From Myxococcota bacterium (GTDB taxonomy: Bacteria > Myxococcota_A > UBA9160 > UBA4427): a stretch of 64,000 nucleotides of DNA. The notes beneath the pieces were generated by a model that did not search any database, had not been told where the DNA came from, and saw only the letters and a program-made list of their open reading frames with translations. The position numbers and the translations under genes are program-made. The DNA is taken from positions 2,528,001-2,592,000 of the forward strand of contig OZ252299.1 of NCBI GenBank assembly GCA_965250285.1, in the 5' to 3' direction. Positions 36,559 to 47,260 of the stretch are shown piece by piece. Numbering within the stretch: position 1 is the stretch's first letter; each line of letters starts with the position of its first letter.

Positions 36559-37833
36559 ATGACGAGCATCGACTATGAGCCCGCGTCACCCGAGGTCAAG
36601 CAGGACCCCTACCCCTTCTATGAAGCCATGCGCCGGGAGTCCCCCGTCTACCGAATCCCCAGCACGGGCTTCTACGCCGTGTCCCGCTACGACGATGTGA
36701 TGCGCGTGCTCAAGGATCCGGAGGTCTTTTCGTCCAACGGCATGCGACTCATGATGATGAGCGCCATGACGGGCGGCGTCCAGAACATGGCGCTCGACGT
36801 GGAGGACATCCGGGCCGAGCGAGAGAAGGTGGCCGAGCAGCTCGACTTCGACCCGGGGATGTTCCTCTCAGCCCAGACGGTCATCTCCTCGGATCCACCC
36901 GAGCATGGCCGGCTGCGCAGCATCGTGAACCGTGGATTCACACCCCGCCGGATCTCCGCCCTGGAACCCCGTGTGCGCGAGATCGCGCGTCAGCTTCTCG
37001 ACTCAGCCCTCGACGGAGACTCCGGCGACTTCGATCTGGTTCACGACTACTCCGTTCCGCTTCCGGTTCGGGTCATCGCCGAGCTTCTCGGTGTCGAGCC
37101 CGAACGGCGTGCCGACTTCAAGCGTTGGTCCGACACGGTCGTGTCGGGCGCGTCGGGCAGCGCCGCGACGCCGCAGGAGATGATCTCGACCTTCGGCGAG
37201 TTCACGGCGTACTTCAACGAGATCAGCGATCGCCGGCGCAAGGAGCCGGCCAACGACCTGATCAGCACCCTCGTCCAGGCAGAGGACGGAGACACGCTCA
37301 CCCCTGTCGAGGTGATCATGTTCGCCGTTCTGCTTCTCGTCGCCGGCAACGAGACCACGACGAACCTGATTGGAAACGGTGTCCAGGCGCTCCTCGCTCA
37401 TCCCGATCAGCTCGAGAAAGTCGGGGCCGACAGGACCCTGATCCCGGGGTTCGTCGAAGAGGCCCTTCGCTACGACTCCCCGGTGCAGGCCCTGTTCCGG
37501 CAGGCGAAGGACGACGTCGAGGTCGCGGGTACGAAGATCCCGAAGAACTCGATCGTGCTCCCGCTCTTCGCCTCCGCGAATCGCGACGACTCGCAGTTCA
37601 AGGATGCAGCGCGGTTCGACATCACCCGCAATCCCCAGGGCCACGTGGCGTTCGGCTTCGGGATCCACTTCTGCCTCGGCGCGTCTCTGGCGCGGCTGGA
37701 GGCGAAGGTCGCGTTCGAGGAGCTGCTGGGTCGCACGGCGCGCCTCGAGCGCCTCGAGCCCGAGACCGACTACATCGATTCCTTCCTTCTCAGGGGGCCT
37801 CGTGCCCTACCGCTCCAGTATGCGGCGGCCTGA
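36559..37833 (+). CDS. Cytochrome P450 (1)
   Basis: AGNETT, EALR, FGFGIHFCLG. Confidence 0.97.
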   Translation: MTSIDYEPASPEVKQDPYPFYEAMRRESPVYRIPSTGFYAVSRYDDVMRVLKDPEVFSSNGMRLMMMSAMTGGVQNMALDVEDIRAEREKVAEQLDFDPGMFLSAQTVISSDPPEHGRLRSIVNRGFTPRRISALEPRVREIARQLLDSALDGDSGDFDLVHDYSVPLPVRVIAELLGVEPERRADFKRWSDTVVSGASGSAATPQEMISTFGEFTAYFNEISDRRRKEPANDLISTLVQAEDGDTLTPVEVIMFAVLLLVAGNETTTNLIGNGVQALLAHPDQLEKVGADRTLIPGFVEEALRYDSPVQALFRQAKDDVEVAGTKIPKNSIVLPLFASANRDDSQFKDAARFDITRNPQGHVAFGFGIHFCLGASLARLEAKVAFEELLGRTARLERLEPETDYIDSFLLRGPRALPLQYAAA

Positions 37834-37851
37834 GCACACAGGAGACCTCCG

Positions 37852-39078
37852 ATGAGTGCGACTCCGCAAGTCCCGACCGACCCCTACCTGAGCGACGAGT
37901 TCATCTCGGATCCCGTCGGCGTCATCGACCGGATGCGCGAGGAGGATGCGGTCCATCTCATCCCCGGCTTCAATGCCTGGATGGTCACGCGCTGGAAGGA
38001 CGTGCGGGAGCTCTTCACGCACCCGAGCACCACGAACGATCGCCGTGCGTACGAAAACTACAATCTCCCACCGGAGGGGTCGGCCGCGCGTTGGTTCGCC
38101 GAGAACAGCCTCTTCGCCGTCGAGCCCGAGCGGCACGCGCGGATGCGGAATCTCGTGTCGGCAGCGCTCACGCCTCGGGCCGTCAAGCGGATGGAGGGGC
38201 AGGTTCGGGAGGTCGTCGGGCAGTTCGCGCAAAAGCTCCGCGGAAGGACGGGTGTCGTCGACGTCATGGCCGAGTTCACCGAGCCGATCCCGAACACCGT
38301 GATCGGTCGCATCTCCGGCATCCCGCAGAAGGGAGACGACGAGTATCGCTGGCGGCAGCTGGGTCGCGACTCGGTGCGCGGAATCAACCCCTTTCTCTCG
38401 CCCGAGGAGCGCAAGCGTTCGGAAGACGCGCTCGCCGAGATCTGTGACTGGGTGCGCGCGATCGCGAGCGAACGTCGTCGGCAGCCGCGAGAGGACATCA
38501 TCTCGGACCTCGTTCAGGTCACACACGAGGACGACCGGATGACGATCGACGAGATCGTTCTCGTCGTGGCCGCGCTCGTCGCAGCGGGGACCGAAACGAC
38601 GACGATCGCCAGCACGCGAGGCATCCGGGCGTTGCTCCAACACCCGGACCAGATGGAGCGGCTGCGTGCGAATCCTGAGCTCATGCCCAACGCAGTAGAC
38701 GAGCTGCTGCGTTGGGACTTCGGCTCGGTCGGCCTCCCGCGCTATGCGGCAGAGGACTTCGAGTTCCGTGGCAAGCCGATCAAGAAGGGGCAGCTCCTCA
38801 TGCTCAACATGATGGGCGCGCATCGCGATCCGAGCGTCTTTCCGAACCCGAACGCACTCGACCTCGCGCGAGATACGAAGGCACTCACGATCTTCGGTCA
38901 CGGTCCCCACTACTGCCTGGGCGCGAACCTCGCCCGGCAGGAGCTGCGCTGCATGTACGAGGCCGCCCTCGACTTCCTCCCCGAGGATGCGCGGCTTCTC
39001 GAAGACCAGATTCAGTGGACTCGCGTCGTGATGTTCACGTCGATCGACTCGCTGCCGGTGGATTTCGGCACCGCATAG
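37852..39078 (+). CDS. Cytochrome P450 (2)
   Basis: AGTETT, ELLR, FGHGPHYCLG. Confidence 0.97.
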   Translation: MSATPQVPTDPYLSDEFISDPVGVIDRMREEDAVHLIPGFNAWMVTRWKDVRELFTHPSTTNDRRAYENYNLPPEGSAARWFAENSLFAVEPERHARMRNLVSAALTPRAVKRMEGQVREVVGQFAQKLRGRTGVVDVMAEFTEPIPNTVIGRISGIPQKGDDEYRWRQLGRDSVRGINPFLSPEERKRSEDALAEICDWVRAIASERRRQPREDIISDLVQVTHEDDRMTIDEIVLVVAALVAAGTETTTIASTRGIRALLQHPDQMERLRANPELMPNAVDELLRWDFGSVGLPRYAAEDFEFRGKPIKKGQLLMLNMMGAHRDPSVFPNPNALDLARDTKALTIFGHGPHYCLGANLARQELRCMYEAALDFLPEDARLLEDQIQWTRVVMFTSIDSLPVDFGTA

Positions 39079-39122
39079 GGCGCTGAACACACGACCTGAG
39101 ATCCAGATGAGGAGAACTCTCG

Positions 39123-40406
39123 ATGGCCGAGCAGACCACTGGCTCCGGACCCTTCGGCTTCCTGCCGCGTGATCCCGAGGAGCTGCATGCCTTCCTCGCG
39201 GATCTCCGCGAGAACAAGCCGGTCCACCAGATCCCACCTGCCGGCGTCTGGGCGATCACCCGCTACGAAGACGTGGTCCACGTACTGAAGCACCACGAGC
39301 TGTTCTCTTCGGAGGCGCTCCGGACCATGGGGATGGGCATGGCGGGCATCGCGGCCGATTCGCTCGAGACCAGTCTCTCCAGCGACAACGCGGCCGTTCT
39401 CTTCCGAACGACACCGACGGTCATCACCGCGGATCCTCCCCGACATGGGCGCCTACGCAACATCGTGAACCGAGGCTTCACGCCCAGCCGGATCGAACGC
39501 GTGGCGCCACGGATCAGGGAGATCACGACGGAACTTCTCGATGACGTGGTGGCCCGAGGCGAAATGGAGCTGATGAGCGACCTCGCGGTTCCGCTGCCCG
39601 TCACCGTCATCGCCGAGCTGCTGGGCGTCGCACCCGAGCGGGGCGACGACTTCAAGCGGTGGTCGGATCTCTTCATCTCAACGCTCGCGCAAATGCCCGA
39701 CGCCGAGACCTTCAAGAAGATCGAGGCCGCGATGCAGGAGTTCGCGAAGTACTTCGATGAGGTCGTCCAGGAGCGGCGGCGACGACCGACTGACGATCTG
39801 GTGAGCACCATCGTGCACGCCGAGACCGAGGACGGCGCCCTGAGTAACGTGGAGGTTCTGGCCTTCTGCCGGCTCCTGCTCATCGCCGGAAACGAGACCA
39901 CCACAAACCTGCTCGCACGGATGATCATGACCCTGCTCGATCATCCGGATCAACTCGCGAAGCTCCGGGCTGATCTCAGCTTGCTGCCGAACGCCGTCGA
40001 GGAGACGCTTCGCTATGCGGGCGTCGTCCCGGCACTACCGCGCCTGACGACACAAAAGGTCGAGGTCGGAGGGGTGAAGATTCCCGCCGGACAGATCGTA
40101 CTCCCGTTCTTCATGGCCGCGAACCGTGATCCACGCCGCTTTCCCGACCCTGACCGATTCGACATAACGCGCAAGACCACGGGCCACCTCGCCTTCGGCT
40201 TTGGGGCGCACTTCTGCCTTGGCGCACACCTCGCGCGCCTCGAGACGCGCATCGCAATGGAGGGAGTCCTCGGGCGGCTTCCGAACTTCCGAATCGCGCG
40301 CACGAGCGAAGAGAAGCACGTGCTGACGGGGCAGGCGGAGGCCATCTACGTCGAGTTCGACGAAGGAGAGACCGACGGCGGCAGGGTTGAGGTGCCAGGT
40401 GTCTGA
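39123..40406 (+). CDS. Cytochrome P450 (3)
   Basis: AGNETT, ETLR, FGFGAHFCLG. Confidence 0.97.
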   Translation: MAEQTTGSGPFGFLPRDPEELHAFLADLRENKPVHQIPPAGVWAITRYEDVVHVLKHHELFSSEALRTMGMGMAGIAADSLETSLSSDNAAVLFRTTPTVITADPPRHGRLRNIVNRGFTPSRIERVAPRIREITTELLDDVVARGEMELMSDLAVPLPVTVIAELLGVAPERGDDFKRWSDLFISTLAQMPDAETFKKIEAAMQEFAKYFDEVVQERRRRPTDDLVSTIVHAETEDGALSNVEVLAFCRLLLIAGNETTTNLLARMIMTLLDHPDQLAKLRADLSLLPNAVEETLRYAGVVPALPRLTTQKVEVGGVKIPAGQIVLPFFMAANRDPRRFPDPDRFDITRKTTGHLAFGFGAHFCLGAHLARLETRIAMEGVLGRLPNFRIARTSEEKHVLTGQAEAIYVEFDEGETDGGRVEVPGV

Positions 40407-42009
40407 GAATGGTGACCGATACGATGCGATCGTGATCGGTGCGGGCATGGCGGGGATGTATCAGCTCCACCGCCTTCGCGAGCTGGGTCTCTCGGTGCGC
40501 GTCTTCGAAGCGGGTGCCGACGTGGGCGGGACCTGGTACTGGAACCGCTACCCCGGCGCGCGGTTCGACTCGGAAAGCTACAGCTACGGCTACTCCTTCT
40601 CGGACGAGATCCTGAGCGAGTGGGACTGGAGCGAGCACTTCTCTCCCCAGCCGGAGACCCTGCGGTACCTGAACTTCGTCGCGGACAAGCTCGACTTGCG
40701 CAGGGACATCCAGTTCGGCGCGCGAGTGACGGCAGCGACCTTCGACGATGCCGAAAGCTCCTGGCAAATCACGACCGAGGACGGCACCCACGCAGGGGCA
40801 CGCTTCCTGATCACAGCAGTCGGCCCGCTCTCGGCGCACACGCTCCCCGCCATCGAGGGCCGCGACAGCTTCGCGGGCCTGGCCTTTCACACCGCCCGCT
40901 GGCCGCATGAGCCAGTCGACTTCACAGACAAGCGTGTCGGGGTGATCGGGACCGGGGCCACCGGCGTGCAGGTGATCCAGGAGGTCGCCAAGACGGCCGG
41001 CCATCTCACGGTGTTCCAGCTTCAGCCGAACTTCTGTGCGCCTTTGCACAACAGCGCGATCGACGACGATGCCCAGACCGAGATCCGCGCGCGCTATCCG
41101 GAGATCTTCGAACAGTGCAATGCCTCGCTCGGCGGCTTTCTGCACGCCCCCGACCCCCGCTCGGCGCTCGAGGTTTCGCCCGAGGAGCGCGAGGCCTTCT
41201 GGGAGAAGCTCTACTCCGAGCCCGGATTCGGTATCTGGATGGGGAATTTCTGGGACATCCTCGTGAATGAGGAAGCCAACCGGCTTGCGAGCGAGTTCAT
41301 GGCCAGGAAGATCCGGCAGAGAGTCGAGGATCCCGAGGTCGCGGAGAAGCTGATTCCCAGGGATCACGGCTTTGGTACACGGCGGGTCCCTCTCGAGACG
41401 AACTACTACGAGGTCTACAACCAGACCAACGTCGAGCTGGTCGACCTCCGCGAGGATCCGATCGATCGGATAACGCCGTCCGGTGTGAAGACGCGCGAGG
41501 GGGAGTTCGATCTCGACATCCTGATCTATGCGACGGGCTTCGACGCGATCACCGGCGCCTTCGACCGCATCGAGATCCGCGGTGAAGCGGGAGGGACGCT
41601 CAAGGAGAAGTGGGCCGACGGCCCCCGGACCTACCTTGGCCTGCAGTCTGCGGGATTCCCGAATCTCTTGACCCTCGTCGGTCCGCACAACGCCGCCACG
41701 TTCTGCAACATCCCGCGCTGTATCGAGCAGAACGTCGAGTGGGTGACGGATCTGCTCCGCTACATGGGAGAGAACGGCCATGTGCGCGTAGCGCCGAGCG
41801 AACACGCCGAGGCCGACTGGACCAACCACGTCCACGAGGTCGCTTCGATGACGCTTCTGTCCAAGACCCCCTCGTGGTTCACCGGCGCGAACCTCAATCT
41901 TCCCGACAAGAAGCAGACTTTCCTGGCCTATGCCGGTGGCTCTCCGGCCTACAGGGCGAAGTGCGAAGAGGTCGCTGCAGGCGGCTATTCCGGCTTCGTG
42001 TTCCGGTAG
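40399..42009 (+). CDS. Type I Baeyer-Villiger monooxygenase
   Basis: GAGMAG, GGTWYWNRYPG, fingerprint FAGLAFHTARWP, GTGATG, ATGF. Confidence 0.95.
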   Translation: MSENGDRYDAIVIGAGMAGMYQLHRLRELGLSVRVFEAGADVGGTWYWNRYPGARFDSESYSYGYSFSDEILSEWDWSEHFSPQPETLRYLNFVADKLDLRRDIQFGARVTAATFDDAESSWQITTEDGTHAGARFLITAVGPLSAHTLPAIEGRDSFAGLAFHTARWPHEPVDFTDKRVGVIGTGATGVQVIQEVAKTAGHLTVFQLQPNFCAPLHNSAIDDDAQTEIRARYPEIFEQCNASLGGFLHAPDPRSALEVSPEEREAFWEKLYSEPGFGIWMGNFWDILVNEEANRLASEFMARKIRQRVEDPEVAEKLIPRDHGFGTRRVPLETNYYEVYNQTNVELVDLREDPIDRITPSGVKTREGEFDLDILIYATGFDAITGAFDRIEIRGEAGGTLKEKWADGPRTYLGLQSAGFPNLLTLVGPHNAATFCNIPRCIEQNVEWVTDLLRYMGENGHVRVAPSEHAEADWTNHVHEVASMTLLSKTPSWFTGANLNLPDKKQTFLAYAGGSPAYRAKCEEVAAGGYSGFVFR

Positions 42010-42060
42010 ACGCCACGGTGGTACAGGCCCCAGACCCGGGGCGAAACGGAGGAGAAGCAC

Positions 42061-43398
42061 TTGATCGAGTGGGCCGAGGTCGCGCGGGATGAGGGCGGCC
42101 TGCGCATCTACCGGATCGACGCGGAGTCGAGCGGGGTCCCGGGAGCGGGAACGGGTCGCCACGTGCCGAATCCGCTGGAGCTCATCCTCACGCACTTCGA
42201 CACACCGACGGCGAGGCTCCTGCAGGATGATTTCACGGGAGCCGGCGCCGCCGTAGGAGCCAGCTCGTTCTCAGTCGCCTGCCACGTGATCTCGCTACCC
42301 GGCGCCTTCGTGGTCGTGGATTCGACCTATCGGACTACGGCGGGGGAGATCTTCCCCGCCGTTCTCGAGCGCATCGCGAGAGCCGAGGGTCGTAGCCTTC
42401 ACGAGCGGCCGATTCAGGTCCTCTATACACACGCGCACTTCGACCACGCTGGCGGGCACCAGGCGGTCGAAGCCATGGGGAGTGATGTCGAAGTCATCGC
42501 ACATCCGGCAACAGCCGAACTGATGCCGCTGGTCAGCCGGCGGGAGTCCTTCCTCAAGACGAGGGCACCGTTCCTGCGTGATTGTGAGATCCGCGCCGAG
42601 GTCGACGAGCTGGCGGACCGGATTCGGGCGCACTATGTCGAGTTGGCAGAGAAGGCGGGCGTCGATCTCGAGAGCGCGCCGTGGGGCAGTGTGGATGACG
42701 GCCCGCTCCGGGTCGATCGAGAGATCGAGCCCGGTGGCGGGACGGTCGAACTGGCTGGAGGGCGTATCGAGGTCCTTCAGTTCGAGGGGCACATCCCCGG
42801 GCATCTGTGCGTACGCATCGATCGCCGACACCTCGTCACGGGAGACATGTGGCTTCCCGCAACGACGTCCTTGGTCACACCGGGATCCACGGCGTCTCAG
42901 GCGGAGATCGCCGCCGAGCGCTGCGGAGTGCTGCGTTACCTCGAATCGAGCGAGCGCTTGCTCACGCTGGAAGTCGACTCCGACATCGCGTACCCGAGTC
43001 ACGAGATCATCTACCGGAATCCGAAACGGATGGCGTTGCGCGATCTCGAGATCTTCGCTGAGCGCCTCCCGCTGATCGAAGCGGTGGTCCGTCAGCACGA
43101 AGAGGTGCCCATGCGCGCGCTCGATCTGGCTTGGGGAGGACCGGAGCGGCTGCCGATCTGGAAGGTCGAGGGGAGCGTCATGCGGCTGGTGGTGGCGCAC
43201 GACGAGGCCAGTGCATGGGTAGAGGATCTCGTGGCCCTCGGCGATCTCCGCGAGGTGGAGCCCGAGCGCTATGTGGCGACGGGTACGCGAGCGCTTGCAT
43301 TGCGGATGGAGTCCGCCCTCGAGAGTGCGAGGACGAACCACGGCCATCTCGAGTTCCGAAGCCGCGGACGGGAACCACATACGGGGGCTCATGACTAA
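42061..43398 (+). CDS. MBL-fold metallo-hydrolase
   Basis: THAHFDHAGG, GHIPGH, TGD, PSH. Confidence 0.85.
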   Translation: MIEWAEVARDEGGLRIYRIDAESSGVPGAGTGRHVPNPLELILTHFDTPTARLLQDDFTGAGAAVGASSFSVACHVISLPGAFVVVDSTYRTTAGEIFPAVLERIARAEGRSLHERPIQVLYTHAHFDHAGGHQAVEAMGSDVEVIAHPATAELMPLVSRRESFLKTRAPFLRDCEIRAEVDELADRIRAHYVELAEKAGVDLESAPWGSVDDGPLRVDREIEPGGGTVELAGGRIEVLQFEGHIPGHLCVRIDRRHLVTGDMWLPATTSLVTPGSTASQAEIAAERCGVLRYLESSERLLTLEVDSDIAYPSHEIIYRNPKRMALRDLEIFAERLPLIEAVVRQHEEVPMRALDLAWGGPERLPIWKVEGSVMRLVVAHDEASAWVEDLVALGDLREVEPERYVATGTRALALRMESALESARTNHGHLEFRSRGREPHTGAHD

Positions 43399-43454
43399 TG
43401 GCAGATGCACTCTTGACTTTGAAACCCTGCACCTCGCGATAGGAGCTACGACCC

Positions 43455-44531
43455 ATGGAGCAAACGGTCTACAGCCAGGATGAGATCCTCGCGGAGCATG
43501 ATTTCGCAGAGAAGCTGAGCCACGACGGCCGCCCGATCCACGGCGGGCTGGATTCGGGAAGCCGATACCTTCCTCCGCGCTCGCTCAACCGGATCGACGC
43601 AATCCGCGCCTGGTCGAAGCAAGTCACTGCGGCCGGTCACAAGCTCGACGTCATGGACCGCAAAGCGGTGATCGAGATGTTCGAGTTCTTCCCGACCGTC
43701 GACCAGGCGAAGCTGCTGCTGGAGAACGGCTGCGACGACGCGATGACACGCCTGCTGACCATGATCGGCATCGTGGAGGGCTTCGGAAACGATGGCATCA
43801 AGCTCATGCCGGAGCTGGACATGACGGACTACTTCGTAGAGTCGGTCGAGGGCACTTGCCTCGATCACCTACACAGGGGCCTTCTCGTCGCCCACGGCCT
43901 CGACGAAGCCGGCTCGGAGCACGAGAGCGGGCACGACGAGATGTGGTTCGCGATTCGTGATGTCGCACTCGATCGTCCGAATGTGACGGACGACATGTTC
44001 GAGAACCTTCCGATTGCGCCGCCGCCTGGATACAGCGGGAGGGCCAAGCCGGCTCCCGAGGCGCTTAAGGTGGGCGATACAGTGGAGCGGCTCTTCCCCA
44101 GCCTGGACCCGGCCCTGGAATTGACGCTACGCGGTCTCGCCCAGATCCTGCTCGTGGAGCTCGGCGCCTACAAGACGTTCGCATGGGCTCGGGAGGTGCT
44201 CGCCGATCCGAAGGCCTCGTCAGCCCCCGAGTGGGCGCCGCAGATGGTGGACTGCATCCAGGCCGACGAGGACATCCACGTCAACTATCTGGAGTGCGCT
44301 CTGGCCGAGGCGCGTGCCCGCACCTTCCTTGGCGCGGATGGCGAGAAGATCCCGGGCCCTGTGGTCATCGACCGCATCTGCGAGGCGGCCCTCGAGCGGC
44401 AGAGCGGCGAGCGCATGCAGCGCATGATGGCACACCGGTACCGCAACATCCTCGATGAGCTGGAGGGGCGGGCCGACGGTCGCCAGATCCTCCGCGAGTT
44501 CCAGGCGCTCGGCCCGGTGCCCGCGCTGTAG
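43455..44531 (+). CDS. Ferritin-like diiron-carboxylate protein
   Basis: IVE..DEAG...GH..LVE..DEDIH ligand pattern; AGGAG RBS. Confidence 0.65.
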   Translation: MEQTVYSQDEILAEHDFAEKLSHDGRPIHGGLDSGSRYLPPRSLNRIDAIRAWSKQVTAAGHKLDVMDRKAVIEMFEFFPTVDQAKLLLENGCDDAMTRLLTMIGIVEGFGNDGIKLMPELDMTDYFVESVEGTCLDHLHRGLLVAHGLDEAGSEHESGHDEMWFAIRDVALDRPNVTDDMFENLPIAPPPGYSGRAKPAPEALKVGDTVERLFPSLDPALELTLRGLAQILLVELGAYKTFAWAREVLADPKASSAPEWAPQMVDCIQADEDIHVNYLECALAEARARTFLGADGEKIPGPVVIDRICEAALERQSGERMQRMMAHRYRNILDELEGRADGRQILREFQALGPVPAL

Positions 44532-44627
44532 AAGGGAGTCTCCCAACAACGCGCCGCAGCGAGCACCTACGATCGTGCGGCCCCTGCGCGGCCGGCACGC
44601 GCCATGCCTGATATCTGGAGGAAACCC

Positions 44628-45950
44628 GTGACCGACTACCTCGACTACGACCCCTTCCGTCGCGATGTGCAGCTCGACCCCTATCCATACTACGCAGCGT
44701 TGCGAGAGCACGCTGCGGTCCATCGAGTGGAGTCGTCCGACGCCTGGGCGGTCTCGCGCTACGACGACGTTCACCACGTGCTCACGCACCCCGAGATCTT
44801 CTCTTCAGGTGCCCTGCAGACCTTTCTCGGAGGGAGCATCCTCGAGACCGTCAATCGGGGGCCGCTGCGATTCCTGTCCCATCCCAGCATGGGCCGGCTC
44901 GCACGTAGGGTCGGGAACGTGTACCGCGCGTTCGGCCGGCGCGCGCCCCCGTTCGAGTTCGTGCAGGCCTTCCTCTCGAGTCGAGCGGTGATCAGCGCCG
45001 ATCCGCCGGACCACACACGGCTACGGCACCTGGTGAATCGCGGGTTCACACCGCGACGAATCGCAGCGCTGGAGCCGCGCATTCGAGAGATTGCCCGCAA
45101 CTGCCTCGACAAGCTGGAAGGCCGCGATGAAATGGACCTCATGCGTGACTTCGCCATCCCGCTGCCCGTGACGGTCATTGCGGAGGTGCTGGGTGTGCCC
45201 GAGGACCGCTTCGGAGACTTCAAGCGCTGGTCTGATGCCGTCGTGCAAGGCGTCAGTCTGGGCGATGCAGACGCGGCACGCGCGCCGATTGGCGTCATGC
45301 TCGAGTTTGCACGATATCTCGAAGGGCTGATCGAGGAGCGTCGTGCGCATCCCGCCGATGATCTCGTGAGTGTGCTCGTCCGCGATGAGGCCGGGGGCAA
45401 GCTGGATGCCAACGAGCTGATGCTCTTCCTGATCGTGATGCTCGTGGCGGGCAACGAGACGACGACCAACCTGATCGGCAACGCGATCCACCTCCTGCTC
45501 GACCGCCCTGACGACCTCGCGGCAGTCGAGGCCGATGCGAGCCTCGTGCCGGGACTCGTAGAAGAGTCGCTCCGCTACGTGTCGCCGATCCAGATGCTGC
45601 CGCGCACCGCCCTGTGCGATACGGAGATCGCAGGAACGAAGATCCGTGAAGGCGAGAACGTATTGGTGCTCTTCGCATCCGCGAACCGCGACTCGCGGAA
45701 GTATCCCAATGGAGATGAGTTCGAGCTGCGCCGAAACCCGAAGGAGCATGTGGCCTTCGGCTTCGGGATCCACTTTTGTCTCGGCGCGTCCCTGGCTCGG
45801 CTGGAGGGCCTGGTCGCGTTCGAGGAGCTGTTCGCGCGAATGCGCAACCTGCGCCGCGCATCCGGCGAGGTGAGCTTTCTCGAGAGCGGCATCCTGCGCG
45901 GGCCCAAGACACTGCCCGTCGCCTTCGATCGTCCCCGTGCGGCGGCATGA
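44628..45950 (+). CDS. Cytochrome P450 (4)
   Basis: AGNETT, ESLR, FGFGIHFCLG; GGAGG before GTG. Confidence 0.97.
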   Translation: MTDYLDYDPFRRDVQLDPYPYYAALREHAAVHRVESSDAWAVSRYDDVHHVLTHPEIFSSGALQTFLGGSILETVNRGPLRFLSHPSMGRLARRVGNVYRAFGRRAPPFEFVQAFLSSRAVISADPPDHTRLRHLVNRGFTPRRIAALEPRIREIARNCLDKLEGRDEMDLMRDFAIPLPVTVIAEVLGVPEDRFGDFKRWSDAVVQGVSLGDADAARAPIGVMLEFARYLEGLIEERRAHPADDLVSVLVRDEAGGKLDANELMLFLIVMLVAGNETTTNLIGNAIHLLLDRPDDLAAVEADASLVPGLVEESLRYVSPIQMLPRTALCDTEIAGTKIREGENVLVLFASANRDSRKYPNGDEFELRRNPKEHVAFGFGIHFCLGASLARLEGLVAFEELFARMRNLRRASGEVSFLESGILRGPKTLPVAFDRPRAAA

Positions 45951-45999
45951 AGATCGATACTGATTGCGGCCGACCTCTAGCGCCGCGAGGAGAACGCTG

Positions 46000-47259
46000 A
46001 TGAGTGCGTCTACCACAGGACTATCGCAACCCTCTCCTGGGCCCGAAGACTTCAGCCTGCTGGCACCTGAGGTTCGCGAGAATCCCTATCCCTACTACGC
46101 CGCGCTACGACGCGAGTCGCCGATCCACCAGCTGGTCCCGGGGGCGCCGCTCTACGCGATCACACGCTACGAGGACGTTCTCCACATTCTCCATCACCCG
46201 GAGATCTTCTCGTCTTCGGCGTTGCAGGCAGCGCTTCAGGGGGGCGGGATCGGCATCGGCCCGAACAGTGGCGCGCTCGCCGACCACCGGCTGCTTCGCG
46301 CGAAGATGATGATCGCGACCAATCCGCCCGACCACGGGAGGCTGCGCCGGCTCGTCAACCGCGGCTTTACGCCGCGCCGCATCGCAGACCTCGAGCCGCG
46401 GATTCGGGAGTTGGCGACGCGCTTCCTCGACTCGGCCATCGACGATGGTGAGCTCGAGCTCGTCCGCGGCCTCTCGATCCCCCTGCCGGTGACGGTCATC
46501 GCCGAGATGCTGGGCGTCGAGGCGGACCGGACAGAGCAGTTCAAGGCGTGGTCGGACGCCTTCGTGATCGGCCTCTCGGGCGCAGCGGGCGAGTACACGA
46601 AAGACGACATTCGCAGCGCGGCCGACGAGATGGCCGACTACATCGAGCGGATTGCGGCCGAGCGACGAGCGAGTCCGCGGGACGACCTCATCAGCGTCCT
46701 CGTGCAGGCCGAGGGCGGCGACGCGCTATCGACCGGCGAGGTGATGGCATTCGTGGTGCTGCTTCTGATTGCGGGGAACGAGACCACGACCAACCTGATC
46801 GGTAACGGAGTCAAGGCACTCCTCGCCCATCCCGAACAGCTCGAGCGAGTGCGCGCGAATCCCGATTTGGTGCCCGCGCTGGTCGAGGAGGTGGTTCGCT
46901 ACGACTCGCCGATCCAGGCACTGCCGAGATCGACCGATGCCGACGCCGACCTTCCGAGCGGGACGGTGCCCGCAGGCTCGACGATGCTGGTGTTCTTCGC
47001 ATCGGCGAACCACGACGAGAGCCAGTTCCCGCAAGCCGAGCACTTCGATGTCGGGCGACCCGCGCCCGGACACGTCGCCTTCGGGCACGGCATCCACTAC
47101 TGCCTGGGTGCGTCGCTCGCGCGTCTCGAGGGGAAGGTCGCCTTCGAGACGCTCCTCCAGCGTTGCCGCAAGATGGAGCTGGCTGCGGATTCGATCCCGA
47201 TGCTCGACTCGCTCGTGCTGCGGGGCCCGAAGTCCCTTCGACTCCGGGTCGAGGAGTGA
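46000..47259 (+). CDS. Cytochrome P450 (5)
   Basis: AGNETT, EVVR, FGHGIHYCLG. Confidence 0.97.
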   Translation: MSASTTGLSQPSPGPEDFSLLAPEVRENPYPYYAALRRESPIHQLVPGAPLYAITRYEDVLHILHHPEIFSSSALQAALQGGGIGIGPNSGALADHRLLRAKMMIATNPPDHGRLRRLVNRGFTPRRIADLEPRIRELATRFLDSAIDDGELELVRGLSIPLPVTVIAEMLGVEADRTEQFKAWSDAFVIGLSGAAGEYTKDDIRSAADEMADYIERIAAERRASPRDDLISVLVQAEGGDALSTGEVMAFVVLLLIAGNETTTNLIGNGVKALLAHPEQLERVRANPDLVPALVEEVVRYDSPIQALPRSTDADADLPSGTVPAGSTMLVFFASANHDESQFPQAEHFDVGRPAPGHVAFGHGIHYCLGASLARLEGKVAFETLLQRCRKMELAADSIPMLDSLVLRGPKSLRLRVEE

Positions 47260-47260
47260 C

